Below, piece after piece: positions 1-41,019 of a stretch of 64,000 nt of DNA (positions within the stretch are counted from its first letter, which is position 1; each line of letters opens with the position of its first letter). The notes under the pieces were generated by a model that was not told the origin of the DNA, did not search any database, and saw nothing but the letters and a program-made list of their open reading frames with translations. Origin of the DNA: Schmidtea polychroa (lineage: Eukaryota); assembly GCA_044892525.1 (NCBI GenBank), contig CM097885.1:50594001-50658000 (forward strand), given 5' to 3'. The position numbers were made by a program, and so were the translations under genes.

Positions 1-1039
1 ATCCATGAGATTATAATCGATATATCTAACGATTATATTGGCGCCGATATCGATTTTCTGTAATTCTTGATCGATATGAGATTTAGCAATGAAACCGGTT
101 GCATGTTTCATATTGGGAATCGATACAATGATTTTCGTTTTATCGCGCTTCGTTACGGTGCAATTCTTCTCGGAATATCCGATGCAGACATCTAATAGAT
201 CAGCTGATCCTCTGAATGGCGGTTTCAAATGCGGCATCAATGAACAGTCCAATTGTTTCAATGCCAGATCAATGCCAATAACACACAGTACCTGCTCGGT
301 TGCGATTTTATCGGTGATTTTGTGGTGATTCGGTTGCACACTGACTGGAAACCCATGAAATTTGCCTTCTAATGAGCCATCATTCGATAGTTTTACGAAG
401 GTTTTGATTAACATTCCCGGGAGAATTCCATCGAAATCACAGGGATCTACGCTAGAAAGAATAAGGTTTCGTTTTTGATGGTCGGTTGTAAAATTTGTAA
501 CTCGTGATTTCTTTGCTGGATTATCATTTGGTGAAGTAACCGGAAAGACTTCGATTATTTTTCCGACTTTATATTCTGCATTAGAGCACTCTTCGTGTGG
601 CAGAAAACCATTTATGCCACCAATACCAGTTTCTAAAATATAACCTTTGTCCTCACGACTTTTAATCGCTACTTGTAATTTAATTCCAAGTTTAAGCCGA
701 TTAATATTAACATTGCAATTTATTTCAGATGGAATCATTGACAATTCATTACTTTTATTGATATTTTTAGTCAGTTTTACTTGAACTATTTGACCTTTTG
801 AAAATAACTGATTTAATCCGGCAACTTCCTATAAAGCATAATTAATAAAAAATAATAATTTAATAAATCCAAACATCCATTATATTCTTATCGTCATTAC
901 ACTGATTTATTAATTTATTATATTCCTCGGATATATTTGCAATACGACAGATACCTGTTTTATTGTGTGGTAAAGATATTAAAAGTTTATATTCGTTGAT
1001 TTCTTTAATTCTTCCAAGTAGCATAGAATCTTTCTCCAT
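1..1039 (-). CDS. RRP5: rRNA biogenesis protein RRP5/PDCD11, N-terminal S1-domain region (continues beyond the window start)
   Basis: Exons 875-1039 and 1-828 joined by a 46-nt GT-AG intron (829-874). Translation MEKDSMLLGRIKEINEYKLLISLPHNKTGIVRIANISEEY..EVAGLNQLFSKGQIV..LKLGIKLQVAIKSREDKGYILETGIGGINGFLP..FDGILPGMLIK..VRYIDYNLMD matches the pattern of the first RRP5 S1 repeats. Confidence 0.85.
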
Positions 1040-1413
1040 AATGTATTACTAAAAAATAAATCTATTCAAATGTACATTAAAAAAGTTATTGCATACATTA
1101 AAATTGAAAAAAATCAGAACGTGAATTTTAAAAACCTATTTATATGGAATATTTAAACAAATATCTTACTTTGGAAATAGAATTTTTGAAATTATTTAAT
1201 TATAAAATAAAATTAACTTTGAAAATAAAATTGATTTTGAATTTCATGAAATAGTGTGTGAGTTTTTACATCAAAAAGGATGGTAACAATTAAAAATATA
1301 ACAATTAGTTGATGATTAATTTTATTGTTATTTAAAATTAATCAACATAAAATAAGAAATTTTAAAATTACAGTTTTAGGTTTTGTAAAGATATAACTTA
1401 AGTCATTACGAAT

Positions 1414-1772
1414 CAGTGGCGTAACTAGGGGGGGGGCATTTGTCCCCGGGCGCCAAAATTAGGGGGCGCAAAATTAGGGAAGCCAATTTGGAACAAAAAT
1501 TAAGTAATAAATTATTCTTAAGATCTAAGAGATTAATATATTTTTTATTACTTCATTAGTTTCTTAGAATAGATGTGCGTGCATTCAGAAATGTTTGAAA
1601 AAATTGATTTTAATGAGATTATAGATATTTTTGCCACGACAAAAGCCAGAAGAATTAATATTTAATGTTAAACTGTATTTTGTCTAAGTCAATAAATATT
1701 ATCTATACGCTTATTAAAATCTGTTAAACCTGTTTCGTTATTCGTCATTAATATTCTTTAAAAAAATTAAAT

Positions 1773-1829
<57 letters not shown>

Positions 1830-1883
1830 GGGCGCTAATTTCTCAGTTGCCCCCAGGCGCAAGAACCTCACAGTACGTCACTG
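1414..1883. mobile_element. Non-autonomous hAT element (MITE) with a remnant of the transposase C-terminus and a (TA)n tract
   Basis: TIRs CAGTGGCGTA..TACGTCACTG; 8-bp TSD TTACGAAT (1406-1413, 1884-1891); internal SEMFEKIDFNEIIDIFATTKARRINI* resembles the hAT dimerisation-domain tail. Confidence 0.85.
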
Positions 1884-1948
1884 TTACGAATACTTTTAAA
1901 TGAAAATGAAAGTGGCAAAACCAGCCAACAATTAAGTTATGACAAATG

Positions 1949-4900
1949 CAGTGCTCGAAGTGGAACAAAATATGTGCCGGGATAGGCATGCTGTGGCACC
2001 CGGGATTCCAGGCTTTTATGCAGAAATTTTCAGTTGGGGGTGTTGCAAAACTTTGGGGGGTGTCCAACAAATTTTTTTTTGGGGGGGGGGCTGTCCAACA
2101 AATTTTTGGGGGGGGGGGGTGTCCACTCATTTCATCATAAGTTTCAGGGGGTGTACCTGTTTTAATGTGGGGGGGGTGTCAAACAATTTTGGGGGGTGGG
2201 TAAATCCCTGCGGGATTCTCATTTTTAACCAAGCAAAATGACAGAGATTTTTTTCATGTGTAAATTTGTCTGATAAATAATCGGAAATTTTGTTTCAAAT
2301 ATAAAACGTCAACGTCTTACTCTGATAGTCCTTTTGGTAATAGCCCATTTTCTCACATTACCTCAAAAAAACTGCAAATTCACTTAACTTTCTACGTGCT
2401 TTTATTCAACATTTAATTACAGTAAAATATATTAAAGAACTGGTAGCACTAAATGCTGTCAAACATGTTGAGAACATATCGTCAACAGAGTGGGAATAAC
2501 ACTAACAAACCCTCATAACTTGCAGAGAGAGTACATTGATGTTTCGCTAACGGGATCATCACGGACAATTCGCGATAGGCAGTTCTTTTCGTCTGCATGT
2601 CTGTGGCCACTGGTTAGCCAACTTTGCACATAAGCAAAGGGCTTCCATAATCTTAATGGGGGACCCACAAGGCGAATCATCATTAGTGCAGAAGCACGCG
2701 ATATGGATAAGCTTGAGCGGCAGTCAGTAACAATTAGATTCATGGCACTGAACCCACGTTCACACTTGGCAGTTGATACAGGAATGCATTCTATTGTACG
2801 GAGAAGTGGCAGCAGTTGTTGTGAAATGCGCTTGCCACCATTTTCAATAAATTCCCGCATCCCCTGGAGAGAGCTAGCAGTGTCGATTTTGAATCGGGTG
2901 CAAAGCGCCCGGATACTGTCATCACCTTATAAAATATCCATTGAATCCGGCCAGAAGGATGGGTATAACACTTTAAGGTGATTGTAAAGCAGCGTGTTCG
3001 TAGAATGTGCGGATGTTACGTTGCTGGAATGATGTGTTGGGAGAAGTCGCGATTCCAGATTGTCTCGTAAGGCTTGGAAAAATCGATTAGCATTAATGAG
3101 TACATCGCATTTGCTGCCCTCGTGGAGGGTAATTCCTTTGAACGCTGGTTTTTCAGAGATTTCACACAAATGCTCTCCTCTTCCTTTTTTTAGGGACTCT
3201 AGGACAAGCAGCTCACGGTTGATGAGTTTGTGTGCCTCTGGAATGCTCATGTCCCGGCGCTGTAGAGAAAGTGAAAGGTCTGCTAGCTCTTGTAAGCCAT
3301 CGTACATCACAGCTAAATTGTGCACAAAAGTGAAAGTAGATAACCGTAGAGAAAGGCCAATGTAGGTAGCCTGCTCTCGTTTATCTCTGGATGGATCTAT
3401 GGCAGCCTGTTGAAAGTGATAATAGAGAGCTGGATAATTTTCCCATACTGCTTTCATTGTCCGCACGCTTGATGCCACCCAACGTGTACTTAATATTAGT
3501 CCAATCGAAAGCAGTTGCTGTCCAAGTGAATTTGCTACATCGTGCAATTCCCGTTGATTTTTAGGTGAGGCATGATACAAACTGTACAGTTTATCCATAA
3601 AACAACGGAAATTGTTTACTCCACAAACCTCTTCTACAGTATCTCCGACTCCCAATTCTAAACGGTGTGCCGCACAGTGCCAGATAACAACGTGGGAGAA
3701 TTTCCTCACAATAAGTGCACCAACTCCAGCGCGACGTCCCAACATAACTGAAGCGCCATCACAGCAAAAGCCAATCCAATTTTCAGTGAGATAAGCTTCA
3801 CCAATACCGTGCTTCTCCAAAGAAACTAGAAGATCTTGAAATATAACTTGGGATGTCGTTCCATTCAATTCAATTAAATCCAGGAAGACAGTATTGACCT
3901 CATGGTGCAAGACGCAGCGAATGTAAATTATCAACGTAGCTTTTTGGCTAAGTGAGGTCGATTCATCAATGAGGATAGATATCTTGGCATTCTGACTAAT
4001 GATTTCCTCCAACATCCTTTTACGCATCTCTTTTGCAATGTGGTCAATTATATTGGCGCATGCATGATCGCTGTGGAGAATCCTTCCCATGTCTATTCCA
4101 TTGAGCCGTTGCAAGTCGATTTCCATCTCCATGTCCGAAAAAGGCCTGTTTAACTTGGCCTGTTTATATGCCGTTCGGAAAACTCTTTCAGTAGATGCCT
4201 CATAAGCTTTACAATGAATAGTTGCCAGATTTTCCATAATCGCAGATTTCTGAGTATTCAATATCATACATGCTGTCTTATGTGCTGAGCTATTCAAGTG
4301 ATCAAGCATCTTTTTGCGGAGAGACTGTTGCTGCTTTGCAAGAGTGTCACCATAGTGTGTAACATTTGCCGACATCCATTCCTCTGACATTTTGACGCCA
4401 CGACTTTTATGCGGACCAAGCAATTTCACCTTGTGACACGTGGAACATCCTAAATTCTTAGCAGAAACAATCAGCCAATCATATTTGCTTTTGTATTTCA
4501 GCCAGGTTTCCACTGTCCAACAATCAGGTATAGATGGAGAATCACGTTGCACTGTCTCAGAGTCATTGGGGATAATGGTGATTGACGATGACACACTAGA
4601 AGTAGATGGAGAATCACTTCGTTGCATTTTCAGAGCCTTCGGCTTAAAAAAATCATCAATCCGTTTCACTCGTTTAAGAGACATGAGTAACTCAGACAAA
4701 AGGCTCACAAGCAATAGTGTCAATAGAGAATGTGAGTGGACAGTCCAAATGTGTGAGATAAGAATAGAGGGATAGAAAGAGCTAGACTATGTGGTCGTGA
4801 TTATGAGTTGCTATTAATTTAATTGGTCCATTTCATAGACACAAAATACGTAATAACACACCCTTTGTGTAAGCTACGCAGTGCCCGTGACAAGAAACTC

Positions 4901-5443
4901 ATGCCTACACTTTCACACACACACCTTTAATACATCAAAACTCATACTATATACAGTGGATAAGAAGTACGATAAAGGCATTGAAGCGGTCCTATCTCTT
5001 ACATATTGTGATTGTCAATATGTGCATGTGTATGTATATCTGCGTAACACATATATGTTTTCTTATCACGTTAATTATAACAGCTCTCTGCATGTGAAAT
5101 CATGCACACATTATATATAGAGGGGGTCGCAGTATAAATAACTCAACAAACAACTTGCTGGTTTAACTAAAATAAATAAGAGAATATACCTACCTATCCA
5201 TTACTGCTGCTTGGGAAATTCTTAATTGAATAGAGAATAGAGAATAAAGAATATATATATATATACATACATATATGGATGTACTATGTGTGACTTTAAT
5301 TGCAGTATTTGTGTGCCTATAAAATGAAATAAGTACCGGGATAAACCTATAGATTATATGAAATGAAGTGCCGGGATGCAATTCCGCCTACATAATCAAT
5401 GCCGGGATAATATCCCGGCTATCCCGCCTCACTTCGAGCACTG
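1949..5443 (-). mobile_element. Full-length hAT DNA transposon (ZNF862-like transposase)
   Basis: 14-bp TIR CAGTGCTCGAAGTG / CACTTCGAGCACTG; 8-bp TSD GACAAATG (1941-1948, 5444-5451); subterminal CCGGGAT repeats at both ends. Confidence 0.92.
2513..4684 (-). pseudogene. hAT transposase (ZNF862-like) with one in-frame nonsense codon
   Basis: ORFs 2927-4723 and 2513-2860 share a frame and are separated by TAA at 2927-2929 (DIL*GDDSI). Motifs LIDEST, CDGASVMLG, HCAAHRLEL, TRWVAS and PVSTAKCERGFSAMN. Confidence 0.88.
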
Positions 5444-5550
5444 GACAAATGAATACTGAGAATATCATCAAATTTATTACTGTATTTTCCTCGAAAATCC
5501 CTGTTTTGCTTTGAATAAAGGGAACATAAACAATTTAAATGTCTGTCGAC

Positions 5551-5770
5551 AGGTTCTAGCATTTCAGGCTTGTTAGCAACCATCTTTATGGATAACCTTG
5601 AACGAAAGACACTAATGACCATACAATTCATTGGATTTTACGCAAGATATGTAAATGATATCTTCATCACAAATATTTCATCTATTCAATGCGGTACACC
5701 AAAATATTGAATTTGAAATCGAATATCCGGAAGACGATGAATCACTCAGTCTACTTGAATTCAAATTAGG
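5551..5770 (+). pseudogene. Penelope-like element reverse transcriptase fragment
   Basis: GSSISGLLATIFMDNLE..FYARYVNDIF..FNAVHQNIEFEIEYPEDDESLSLLEFK fits the PLE RT motifs GSP(L/I)S..AN.FM, RYVDD and N..H..I.F..E; degenerate. Confidence 0.7.
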
Positions 5771-6743
5771 ATAAAATCAGATACTCAAGACTACTCCAGA
5801 CTACTCTCAGACTACTCTCAGACTGCACGTGAGCCTGTACCTGGACGATACTTCTCTGAGCCCAGCTTTCATCTATTGGCCCATCTCAAAAATTTTCTAA
5901 ATACTGGATCTTTTGTTCGGCTTCTTATATATGTACTGACGTAAACCAGTTTCCCTAGAGACGATCGATCTTTGCTGATAAGAGCGCGTTCGTTGCATTA
6001 TATTTATGAATCCCCTCGTTCTTGTCAGCGCAAGAATAGAATGGTTTGAGTGGTGCATTGTTTGATGACAAATTTCTAAAATGACAAGAAATAGTTATGG
6101 ATATTATTAGAATGACATTACTAATAAGTGGCATATTTGTTAACTAAAATAGATAATTGACTGACGAAAGAATTATTACTATGGGAGAGAATCAACCGAG
6201 CCCAATGATGATAATGAATGGACTATGTGATTCCTAATATCTAAATAAATAAAACTAATAATCCTCTTAAAGAGAATGCTCTATTTGATAAGAATACCAA
6301 ACTATTGGGAAAGACATTGTCGAGAAATCTTGTGGTAAACGGAAACATGGATACCTATTAATAAAGTAGGTCACAGATCCAATAATAATAATTCTGTCCT
6401 GGGCGAAAAAGGACATATCATATGATGCCCGTTGTCATCTGGATTTCTTTATGTCAATAATGGTAATACTAAGAGCATAAATAATAAATAAAATAAAAAC
6501 GTTAGGTATGACGATAATATCACTTATATTGACGGCAATAATAGCGACAATGTTAATATGATTACCACCTGTAATAATAATGCTGACATTATTTCTACAA
6601 ATTCCAATAATAGGAGTAAAATCGAACCAATTAATTGAAATAAGTAAAAATAAAACATAATAATCAAAATAATGATATTATTAGTATAATAGTGACCATA
6701 GTCAAATTAATAGTGATAATAATAATGATAATAATAATAATAG

Positions 6744-7783
6744 TGTTGAGGTCCGTAAATTAAAATAAATTTAAATGAAATTTAGGTTAATAATTTAAAT
6801 AAAAAGTAAGTGAAAAAAAGACAAATCAAAAGCGTGATCATGCACAGAATTGATAGTAAAGGAAAGTGTGATGGAAGCAGTATTAGAGAAGGCTAAAAGC
6901 AATTGCGAAAGGCAAGAATCCGGAAATCCGAGAAAAATAAATAAATTGTAAAATCATCGAAATCGAATTGGGAATAGAATAGCTAATGGTCAACCAGATG
7001 ATGATTAGTGATTTATCAGAAAATGATTGGGAAGGGTCGAAAAGCATTCAAATGTGTAAAAACAGGAAACATTAATTAATTAATTAATTGGCTAATAGAA
7101 AACCCGAGCTAGTGGGAAACCCGAGCCAATGGAGAACCCGAGAGATGAAGGAAACCCGAGCTGGGTAAACAAGAAGAAAAGTAAACAGAAGGAAGATTTG
7201 GACCCATTAGCTTGACACAATGATTAATTGGAAAAGAGCAAGGGGAAGATAGTGCGTGTAGAAAGGCCGGACAGGCCATTAATTATCTTTGTTCGTTGGA
7301 CCATTATGGGTGACAGCCGAAGCAGATACGTGGAAGCAAATGTCAAGTGAAAGATTGGCTCGGCAATAACCATTTGTCATCCCGATTTTGAAGAATATAT
7401 AATGAAGGGAAAAATCAGAGCAAATCGGCATTTTGCCTCAGCTAGGGTAAGAAGAAATCGAGTTTAGGAAAAGGCAAAAACGAATTTAGGAAATTAGGGG
7501 AAAAGAGGAGATATAATAAGAATAAAAAGAGTGAAAAAGGATCAAATCAAAGAAACAAAAGGAAAACGTTGGTCAAGAGAACCTAAGGGAATAAAAGGTG
7601 AATACTATCTTTATCAAAGCATCAACACCGAGCGGAGAATCGGTCAAACGTAACTTTGATTATTGAGTGTTGAGAAAAGATTGTAAATTTTGTTATTTCA
7701 ATATACGTTGGGTCGTTATTGTTTTAATTTAAAGGACACAAAGAGTCAAAGGTAACCGACTTAAATTAACTAAAAACCCAACA
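6744..7783. mobile_element. Solo LTR (probably Gypsy-type)
   Basis: Ends TGTTGAGGT..ACCCAACA; 4-bp TSD ATAG; about 1.04 kb; internal AACCCGAG repeats, ATTGG boxes and a TATA-like motif near 7395. Confidence 0.65.
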
Positions 7784-9107
7784 ATAGCAATGAAAAAATA
7801 AAAATTTTGACAATTGGGTTCAATTAGTGATCTGTTCTTCATTTTTCTCGAATCGTTATGTGACAAAATTTATTTAAATTTAAGTTCTCAATGGCACTTA
7901 ATCAATGGATCTGGGAATGATAATTATTATCATTGTTGGTTTTAAATCGTGTGCTAATAATTTAAAATTTTAATTAACATTTTAATGCTAAATTATGTTG
8001 ATGACTTGAGTTTAATAAATATTTTGGAAAATTAAATCTTTACAATTTTTTTAATTTTTTGATTTGGTGACCCACCTGGAAAGATCCCGCAACCCACAAG
8101 GTTAGGAAACGCTTTGTTAGAAAAAAACTTTGCCCGAATCGGAAATACGCTGATAGCTATCTCAAATATGGATTTATCAGTGTTGGTACAGAAGGCATAA
8201 TCGTCCGTGGCTCGCTTCGCTCACTTCGTCCCCCTAGGGTTAGAAGCAAATTTTATTTGCCAATGGGTCGCCAAAAATTTTTATTTTGTCAAGTGGATCC
8301 CTGTTAACCAAAATTGGAGACGCTGTTCTAAATGATCCAAATTAAAAAATTTAGTTAATAAAAATATTTAAGTTATAAAATAAACATTAATGATAATATT
8401 ATAAGAATTTTTTTTCAAATATCACCACTGAATTCTTTTCTATTGACACTGTATTTATTTAAAAAGCTTGACTATGAATTAGTAAAACACCGATATATTT
8501 ACTGATTCATAGTGAAGCTTTTTAATAAATTAATGATTATAATAAAAATGAAAAATTTACTATATTGTCAGTATAAATATCACTTAAAATTTGAAATTTA
8601 AAAGTGATAGATGTTTTAAAACAGTGGTTCTTAACCGGTGGTGCACGCACCCCTTAGGGGTGCAAGCTTGAATATTTGGGGGTGCAAAATTGTTATTTTA
8701 CAAATTCACGTGTAGCTAGCAAAATAAAAAACTAATCTTAAAAATTCATTTTGGTTAGTAAATTTTTTATTCCCTAAACATTTTTTAAATATGTTTGTAT
8801 AATATAAACCATAGAAACAAATTAATTTTTGTATTTTTTCTACAATTACAAAAATTCAAATGCGTTTCTAGTTTCTATAGTGATTTTTATATTTCCTCGA
8901 AATTTGTTGACTATTACAAGTTTGAATTTTTGTGTTGAATATTAAAAGTTAAATATTAATAATAAAATAATTAATACAAGTTAATTTTACAAGTTTAGTT
9001 GAATATTTATATTCTAATTATTAGAATATAATTTGGTACATTAAAGTTAAATCCAAAAGGTAAGCTAAAATATAGCAATAATAGATAGAAGTTTAATATT
9101 TTTTTAG

Positions 9108-10921
<1,814 letters not shown>

Positions 10922-10997
10922 TAAAAACTTTGATAATTTATAATTGATTATTTCAGCTAACAATTAAAATTTATAAAAAAATTGTTACGCACATAAA

Positions 10998-12028
10998 TGT
11001 TAGGTTCGATGGGTAGGAATTCGAACTAACACAAAAATGTTCTATCTGACTCCAAGTAAATAATTTACGCGTGTAGGTAAATAAATAAATAAGAGATATA
11101 TTTTGAAATATTTATTTTCAAATAAAAATGGTTAATTACACGTTTAAATAAGTATATGTATCGTTACACCACGCTGCTTTCTCTAAGTATAGAAAACGGT
11201 TATTCAAACCGCCCTGAAGAGTGTTACTAAGAATCAAGGCTGGCCCTAAATGTGCCAACAGCCCGATATAGGTGTAAGGAAAAGAAACAGGGTAGATCAC
11301 CAAATTTTACGCTATAGAGTCAACCCAGAAATTGGTTAACTCTTTTTGAATGAATATTGATATTAAATAACGAAACAACACAAAATCAGTGATGACGTTA
11401 TATTTTCCCTTTATTAATGTTAGAACAATTTATAAATTAAATTAACTTAAATAAATCTTTTAAATATTTAGGATTACTTATAAACTGATAATAAAAACTA
11501 ACTAATAAAAATTTTCTATAGCTCCGAAGAATTTCGTGATAAATAATTCCAGTAATTAATTTTTCTTTGATCGATAATTCCTATGGAAATTTCCTGATTC
11601 AATAGACAAAATGAAATTTCCCGAAACTTTAGGTTAAATTCTAAATGTCAAGAATGCCGAATTAAAGTGATCTGATCGTATCTATTTATAACTATTGGGA
11701 TTCCTTTCTGATCGTCTTGTCTCTAATTTCTTGTCCTCCCGTAATCTAATTTTTAACTAGTATTTATATAAATTTTATTTCCTTAATTCTATTAATAGTA
11801 ATTGTTTAATTACTATTTTTATTATATATTTTGAATAATTTCTATAGTTCTATTTTTAGTAATTATTTATTACTATTTATATTTTAGTTTTAATTTTAGT
11901 ATTTAATTTCTATTTTTGGTAATTTCAAAATACTATTTTTATTTTACTTCATATTTTTGTAATTGATTATTATTTTAATTATTCTTTAATTTCGAACCTT
12001 CAATTTCGGTTCCTACTGAACCCCAACA
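10998..12028. mobile_element. Solo LTR nested in the 3' region of the Buster element
   Basis: Ends TGTTAGGTTC..GAACCCCAACA; 4-bp TSD TAAA; about 1.03 kb; non-coding. Confidence 0.62.
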
Positions 12029-12620
12029 TAAAATTAATAAAAAATATGTTTTGCATAATGTTTGTTTTTTAATTTATATAACTCAATAATTTCTAGTAAG
12101 GGGTGCGAGAATATTGTTTGAAAATTTTAGGGGTGCCGGTAGCTAAAAAGGTTAAGAACCACTGTTTTAAAACATCAGAAATTTTTAGATTTGTAGAAGT
12201 AATTTTCATCTATTTGACTCATTTCAGTGCATTTAAACAGATTGTAATTTATCTATTTACAAGATTTTTAGTACTTTTTGATTTTTTTGTTATTCTATTT
12301 ATATTAATTGCTAATTTCAATTTTTATGTAATTTTTAATTTATCATTTTATTTTATATTTAATTTATGATGTTGAGTTATTTAACATTTTAAAAATTCTC
12401 AAACTAAATAAAATACTCATTGAAAAGTTAATTTTAACATCAAAGTAATATAATATTATATCTATAAAGCTATTTACAATGTCTTATGATTTAAAATTAT
12501 ATATTTGTTTAATTTTATCATTTCTAAAATTTCCATATACTACTGTTCATTACATTATTTAAATAATTAAAATTTTCTTTATTAATGTAATTTATATAGA
12601 TAATTTGTTTTTTAAAAATT

Positions 12621-37825
<25,205 letters not shown>

Positions 37826-39325
37826 AGAAAATTAAACATTTTACAATTGAAAATAACTTAAATTTTTACATTTTTGTTTTTTTGTCAGAATTTTGTAAAT
37901 TATTTACATTTTTGATAACTTTATTATCATGTTTATAAATTCGATATGACATACTCAAAATTTGTTATGATATCTGAAATTGAATCGGACGGACTATCGA
38001 AATACGGTCACATTTTCATGGTCACTGACTATCTCATTAACATATCTGTAAAGAATTGTTTTTGTAAAATAGATTTTTTGTTAACTAGAATTTGCATTGT
38101 TCTCCAAATATTAAATTATCTAAATAATAATTGTTTTATTTTTGGATTTCTAGTGTGCTGGGTAGGTGAATTGAATAATCTGTCTTCACATAACAATATT
38201 GATTGTGATAACAGTTGACAAAAAGCCTGCTTAAGTAAATTAAATTAATTATTTTTGGTTTAAAATTATTTTATTTTTAATGCATACACACACACACTCG
38301 TGGTTTGTCACTTTACGCATTAGTAGTTACAGTGCATTCTGTGGATTGTTTAAAACAATCCGACTAATTATTAACCTTGTATTATTTTTATTTCGCTATT
38401 TATTTAGCGATTTTCATAGGAATTCTTTCCTCATCATTTCTTAATTATTCTTTCCATTAAATTCTGTAATCTTTCTCATAACTCTTATATGTAAATTAGC
38501 TATAGCTTTCCAAATTAATTTCATTATGACCTTTCGTATGTAAATACGACCAATAATCATTCCTTATTTTCTATCTTACCGATTTATTCAGGTTTTTCGT
38601 AAAGTTGTTTCATTCTTATCTATGTCGGTGATGATAACTTGCGTTTTTCATTTTAATTAAACGTTCTTTTTTATGCTCAATATGTTGTGTACTTTACTTT
38701 GTATTATCTGATGTTCAATTGTATATTTAGGTTCGATTTGGTGAGATTTTCGTACTGTTTTTAAATAGTTTACATTAATTAAATATATAAAATAGCTTTT
38801 AAAAAGGGAATTAGATGTTTTAATATGTATACCCCTAGAACATAAAAATAACTAATTAATGTAAACCTGAAATTTAAACTGAGTTAAAATAATAAATCAT
38901 GTAAAAGGATGGAATAGATCAATGTTTCCCGACCTTCTTTATACTATGCCCCACCGGCCCCTTTGAATATATATATATCAGGGGTGCCCACTAATTTTTC
39001 TAGGAGAGCTACATTCACATCCAAAATGTGTATGCGATCTACTTTTTTAATACTTACATAATATTTAAACTTAATAAACAAAATTAAATTAAACTAAATT
39101 AAACTAAATAACATTTTGGAAATGGTGAAATCAAAATCAAAAAATGTTATTTAGTATTACCATAGAAATGGAACAAAGAACATGAAAATTGGCAAAAAAT
39201 TTAAGCATAAAACAGAAATTTTATATAAAATCTAAATTTATATAAAAAATATTTTTTTTATGAAGATCTACTAAAAAATCCTTCGCGATGCATATTTTAT
39301 TATAATGAAAATAATTAATTTTTTA

Positions 39326-39534
39326 CTCTCTCTATATAAACTTCGCTGATGTTTGTATGTTTGTATATACGACGCAAATTTCGTTAGGCCAAATTAACCT
39401 ACTTTTCGTGGTCGGATTGAGCTGAAAGTTGGCAAGTAGATTTGTTGTCAAAAAGACTACATGTTATCAAAATTTCAGATCGATCCGATCAAAGAAAGTG
39501 TGTTAATTTAAAAAATATTGATATATCAAATCTA
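39326..39534 (+). mobile_element. Possible non-autonomous Helitron fragment
   Basis: Begins TCTCTCTATATA, carries a GTTTGTAT repeat and AAATTTCAGATCGATCCGAT, and ends CTAG|T. Confidence 0.3.
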
Positions 39535-39588
39535 GTGTTTTTTCCCTACCCATAATCGCTTATCATCATTGTTTGACAATACAATTTT
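39532..39588 (-). pseudogene. Detached C-terminal tail of the Polinton pPolB
   Basis: KIVLSNNDDKRLWVGK contains the LS..DDKR motif and joins 54882 in frame through the TSD. Confidence 0.8.
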
Positions 39589-39689
39589 AGTAGGTAGATA
39601 GTAGCCTACGGCAGCAATGACCCCCCCAGGGGGGGGGGGGGGGGGTCTGCTGCCGTAATTTTTTTGCTGCAACTTTTGATTACGCAATT

Positions 39690-40195
39690 TTTCACACTAT
39701 AGTGAGGGGGTCTCGATGGTCCTGGGATTTTCAATACAAAAAAATTTTTTCTATACAAAAACGATGGTCCTGGGATTTTCAATACAAAAAAAATTTTTCT
39801 ATACAAAAATCCGACTACCACTAAAAAAGCATGGAATTTTCAGACTATAGTGAGGGGGTCTCGATGGTCCTGGGATTTTCAATACAAAAAATTTTTTTCT
39901 ATACAAAAATCCTACTATCAATAAAAAAGCCAAGGATTTATCACGCTATAGTGAGGTGAGTCTCCTTGGTCCTGAGAAATAGGTGTTCTACACTAAAAAA
40001 CGTGGTAATTTAAGGTCTCGGGATATTTTTAATACAAAAAGCTGGTCTACACTAAAAAGCATGGTAATTTAAGGTCTCAGGATATTTTCAATACAAAAAG
40101 CTGGTCTACACTAAAAAAGCCAAGGATTTTTCAGACTATAGTGAGGTGAGTCTCCTTGGTCCTGAGAAATAGGTGGTCTACACTAAAAAACGTTG
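39690..40195. repeat. Left-arm subterminal repeat block (CACTATAGTGAGG..GGTCCTGGGATTTTCAATACAAAA)
   Basis: Mixed 40-120 bp units; mirrored and expanded at about 53700-54730. Confidence 0.85.
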
Positions 40196-40199
40196 TAAA

Positions 40200-40810
40200 T
40201 TTTTCAATTAAAGTAAATAATGGTTCTAAAAAATTAAATTAAAGTAAATTATGGTTCTAAAAATTGAATTACAGTAAATTATGGTTCTAAAAATTGAAAT
40301 TAAAGTAAATTAAGGTCCAAATTTTTGAATTAAAGTAAATAATGGTCCAAATTTTTAAATAAGTAAATTTAGGTTCTAAAAAATTAAATTACAGTAAATT
40401 ATGGGTCTAAAAATTAAATTAAAGTAAATTATGGTTCTAAAAAATTAAATTACAGTAAATTATGGTTCTAAAATATTAAATTACAGTAAATTATGGTCCA
40501 GATTTTTCAATTAAAGTAAATAATGGTCCTAAAAATTAAATTAAAGTAAATTATGGCTCAAATTTTAAAATTAAAGTAAATTTAGGTCCTAAAAAATTAA
40601 ATTACAGTAAATTATGGTCCAAATTTTGAAATTACAGTTAATTATGGTTCTAAAAATTAAATTAAAGTAAATTATGGTCCAAATTTTAAAATTAAAGTAA
40701 ATTTAGGTTCTAAAAATTAAATTAAAGTTAATTAAGGTCCAAATTTTAAAATTAAGTAATCAATGGTAAAAAATTTTAAATAAGTAAATTAAAGTAAATT
40801 AAAGTAAGAT
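40200..40810. repeat. About 30-bp AT-rich minisatellite (AAATTAAATTACAGTAAATTATGGTTCTAA)
   Basis: Tandem array; mirrored at about 52885-53690. Confidence 0.9.
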
Positions 40811-41019
40811 TTTAAAATTTATTAACAAAAAGTTGAAGGTGTTTGAGAATTGAAATTTTTTAATGAAAATTTTTATGGAATAATTTTTTAAGTAATTTTT
40901 AATGGAAATTTTTATGAAATAATTTTTTTAGTTAATTTTAGATGGAAATTTTTAAGATAATTTTTAATGAAAATTTTTATGAAATATTTTTCAAAGACAA
41001 ATTTTAATAATAATTCAAC

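Noticed and set aside
2927..2929. TAA read as Tyr (alternative genetic code)
   Set aside because: TAA terminates NEK4 and the Buster transposase normally; an ordinary nonsense mutation is simpler.
2703..4775. Plus-strand ORFs overlapping the hAT transposase
   Set aside because: Antisense shadows of a GC-richer coding sequence.
39695..39710. CACTATAGTGAG motifs resembling T7/SP6 promoter sequence (vector contamination)
   Set aside because: Only a partial match, repeated as part of the element's native subterminal units on both arms.
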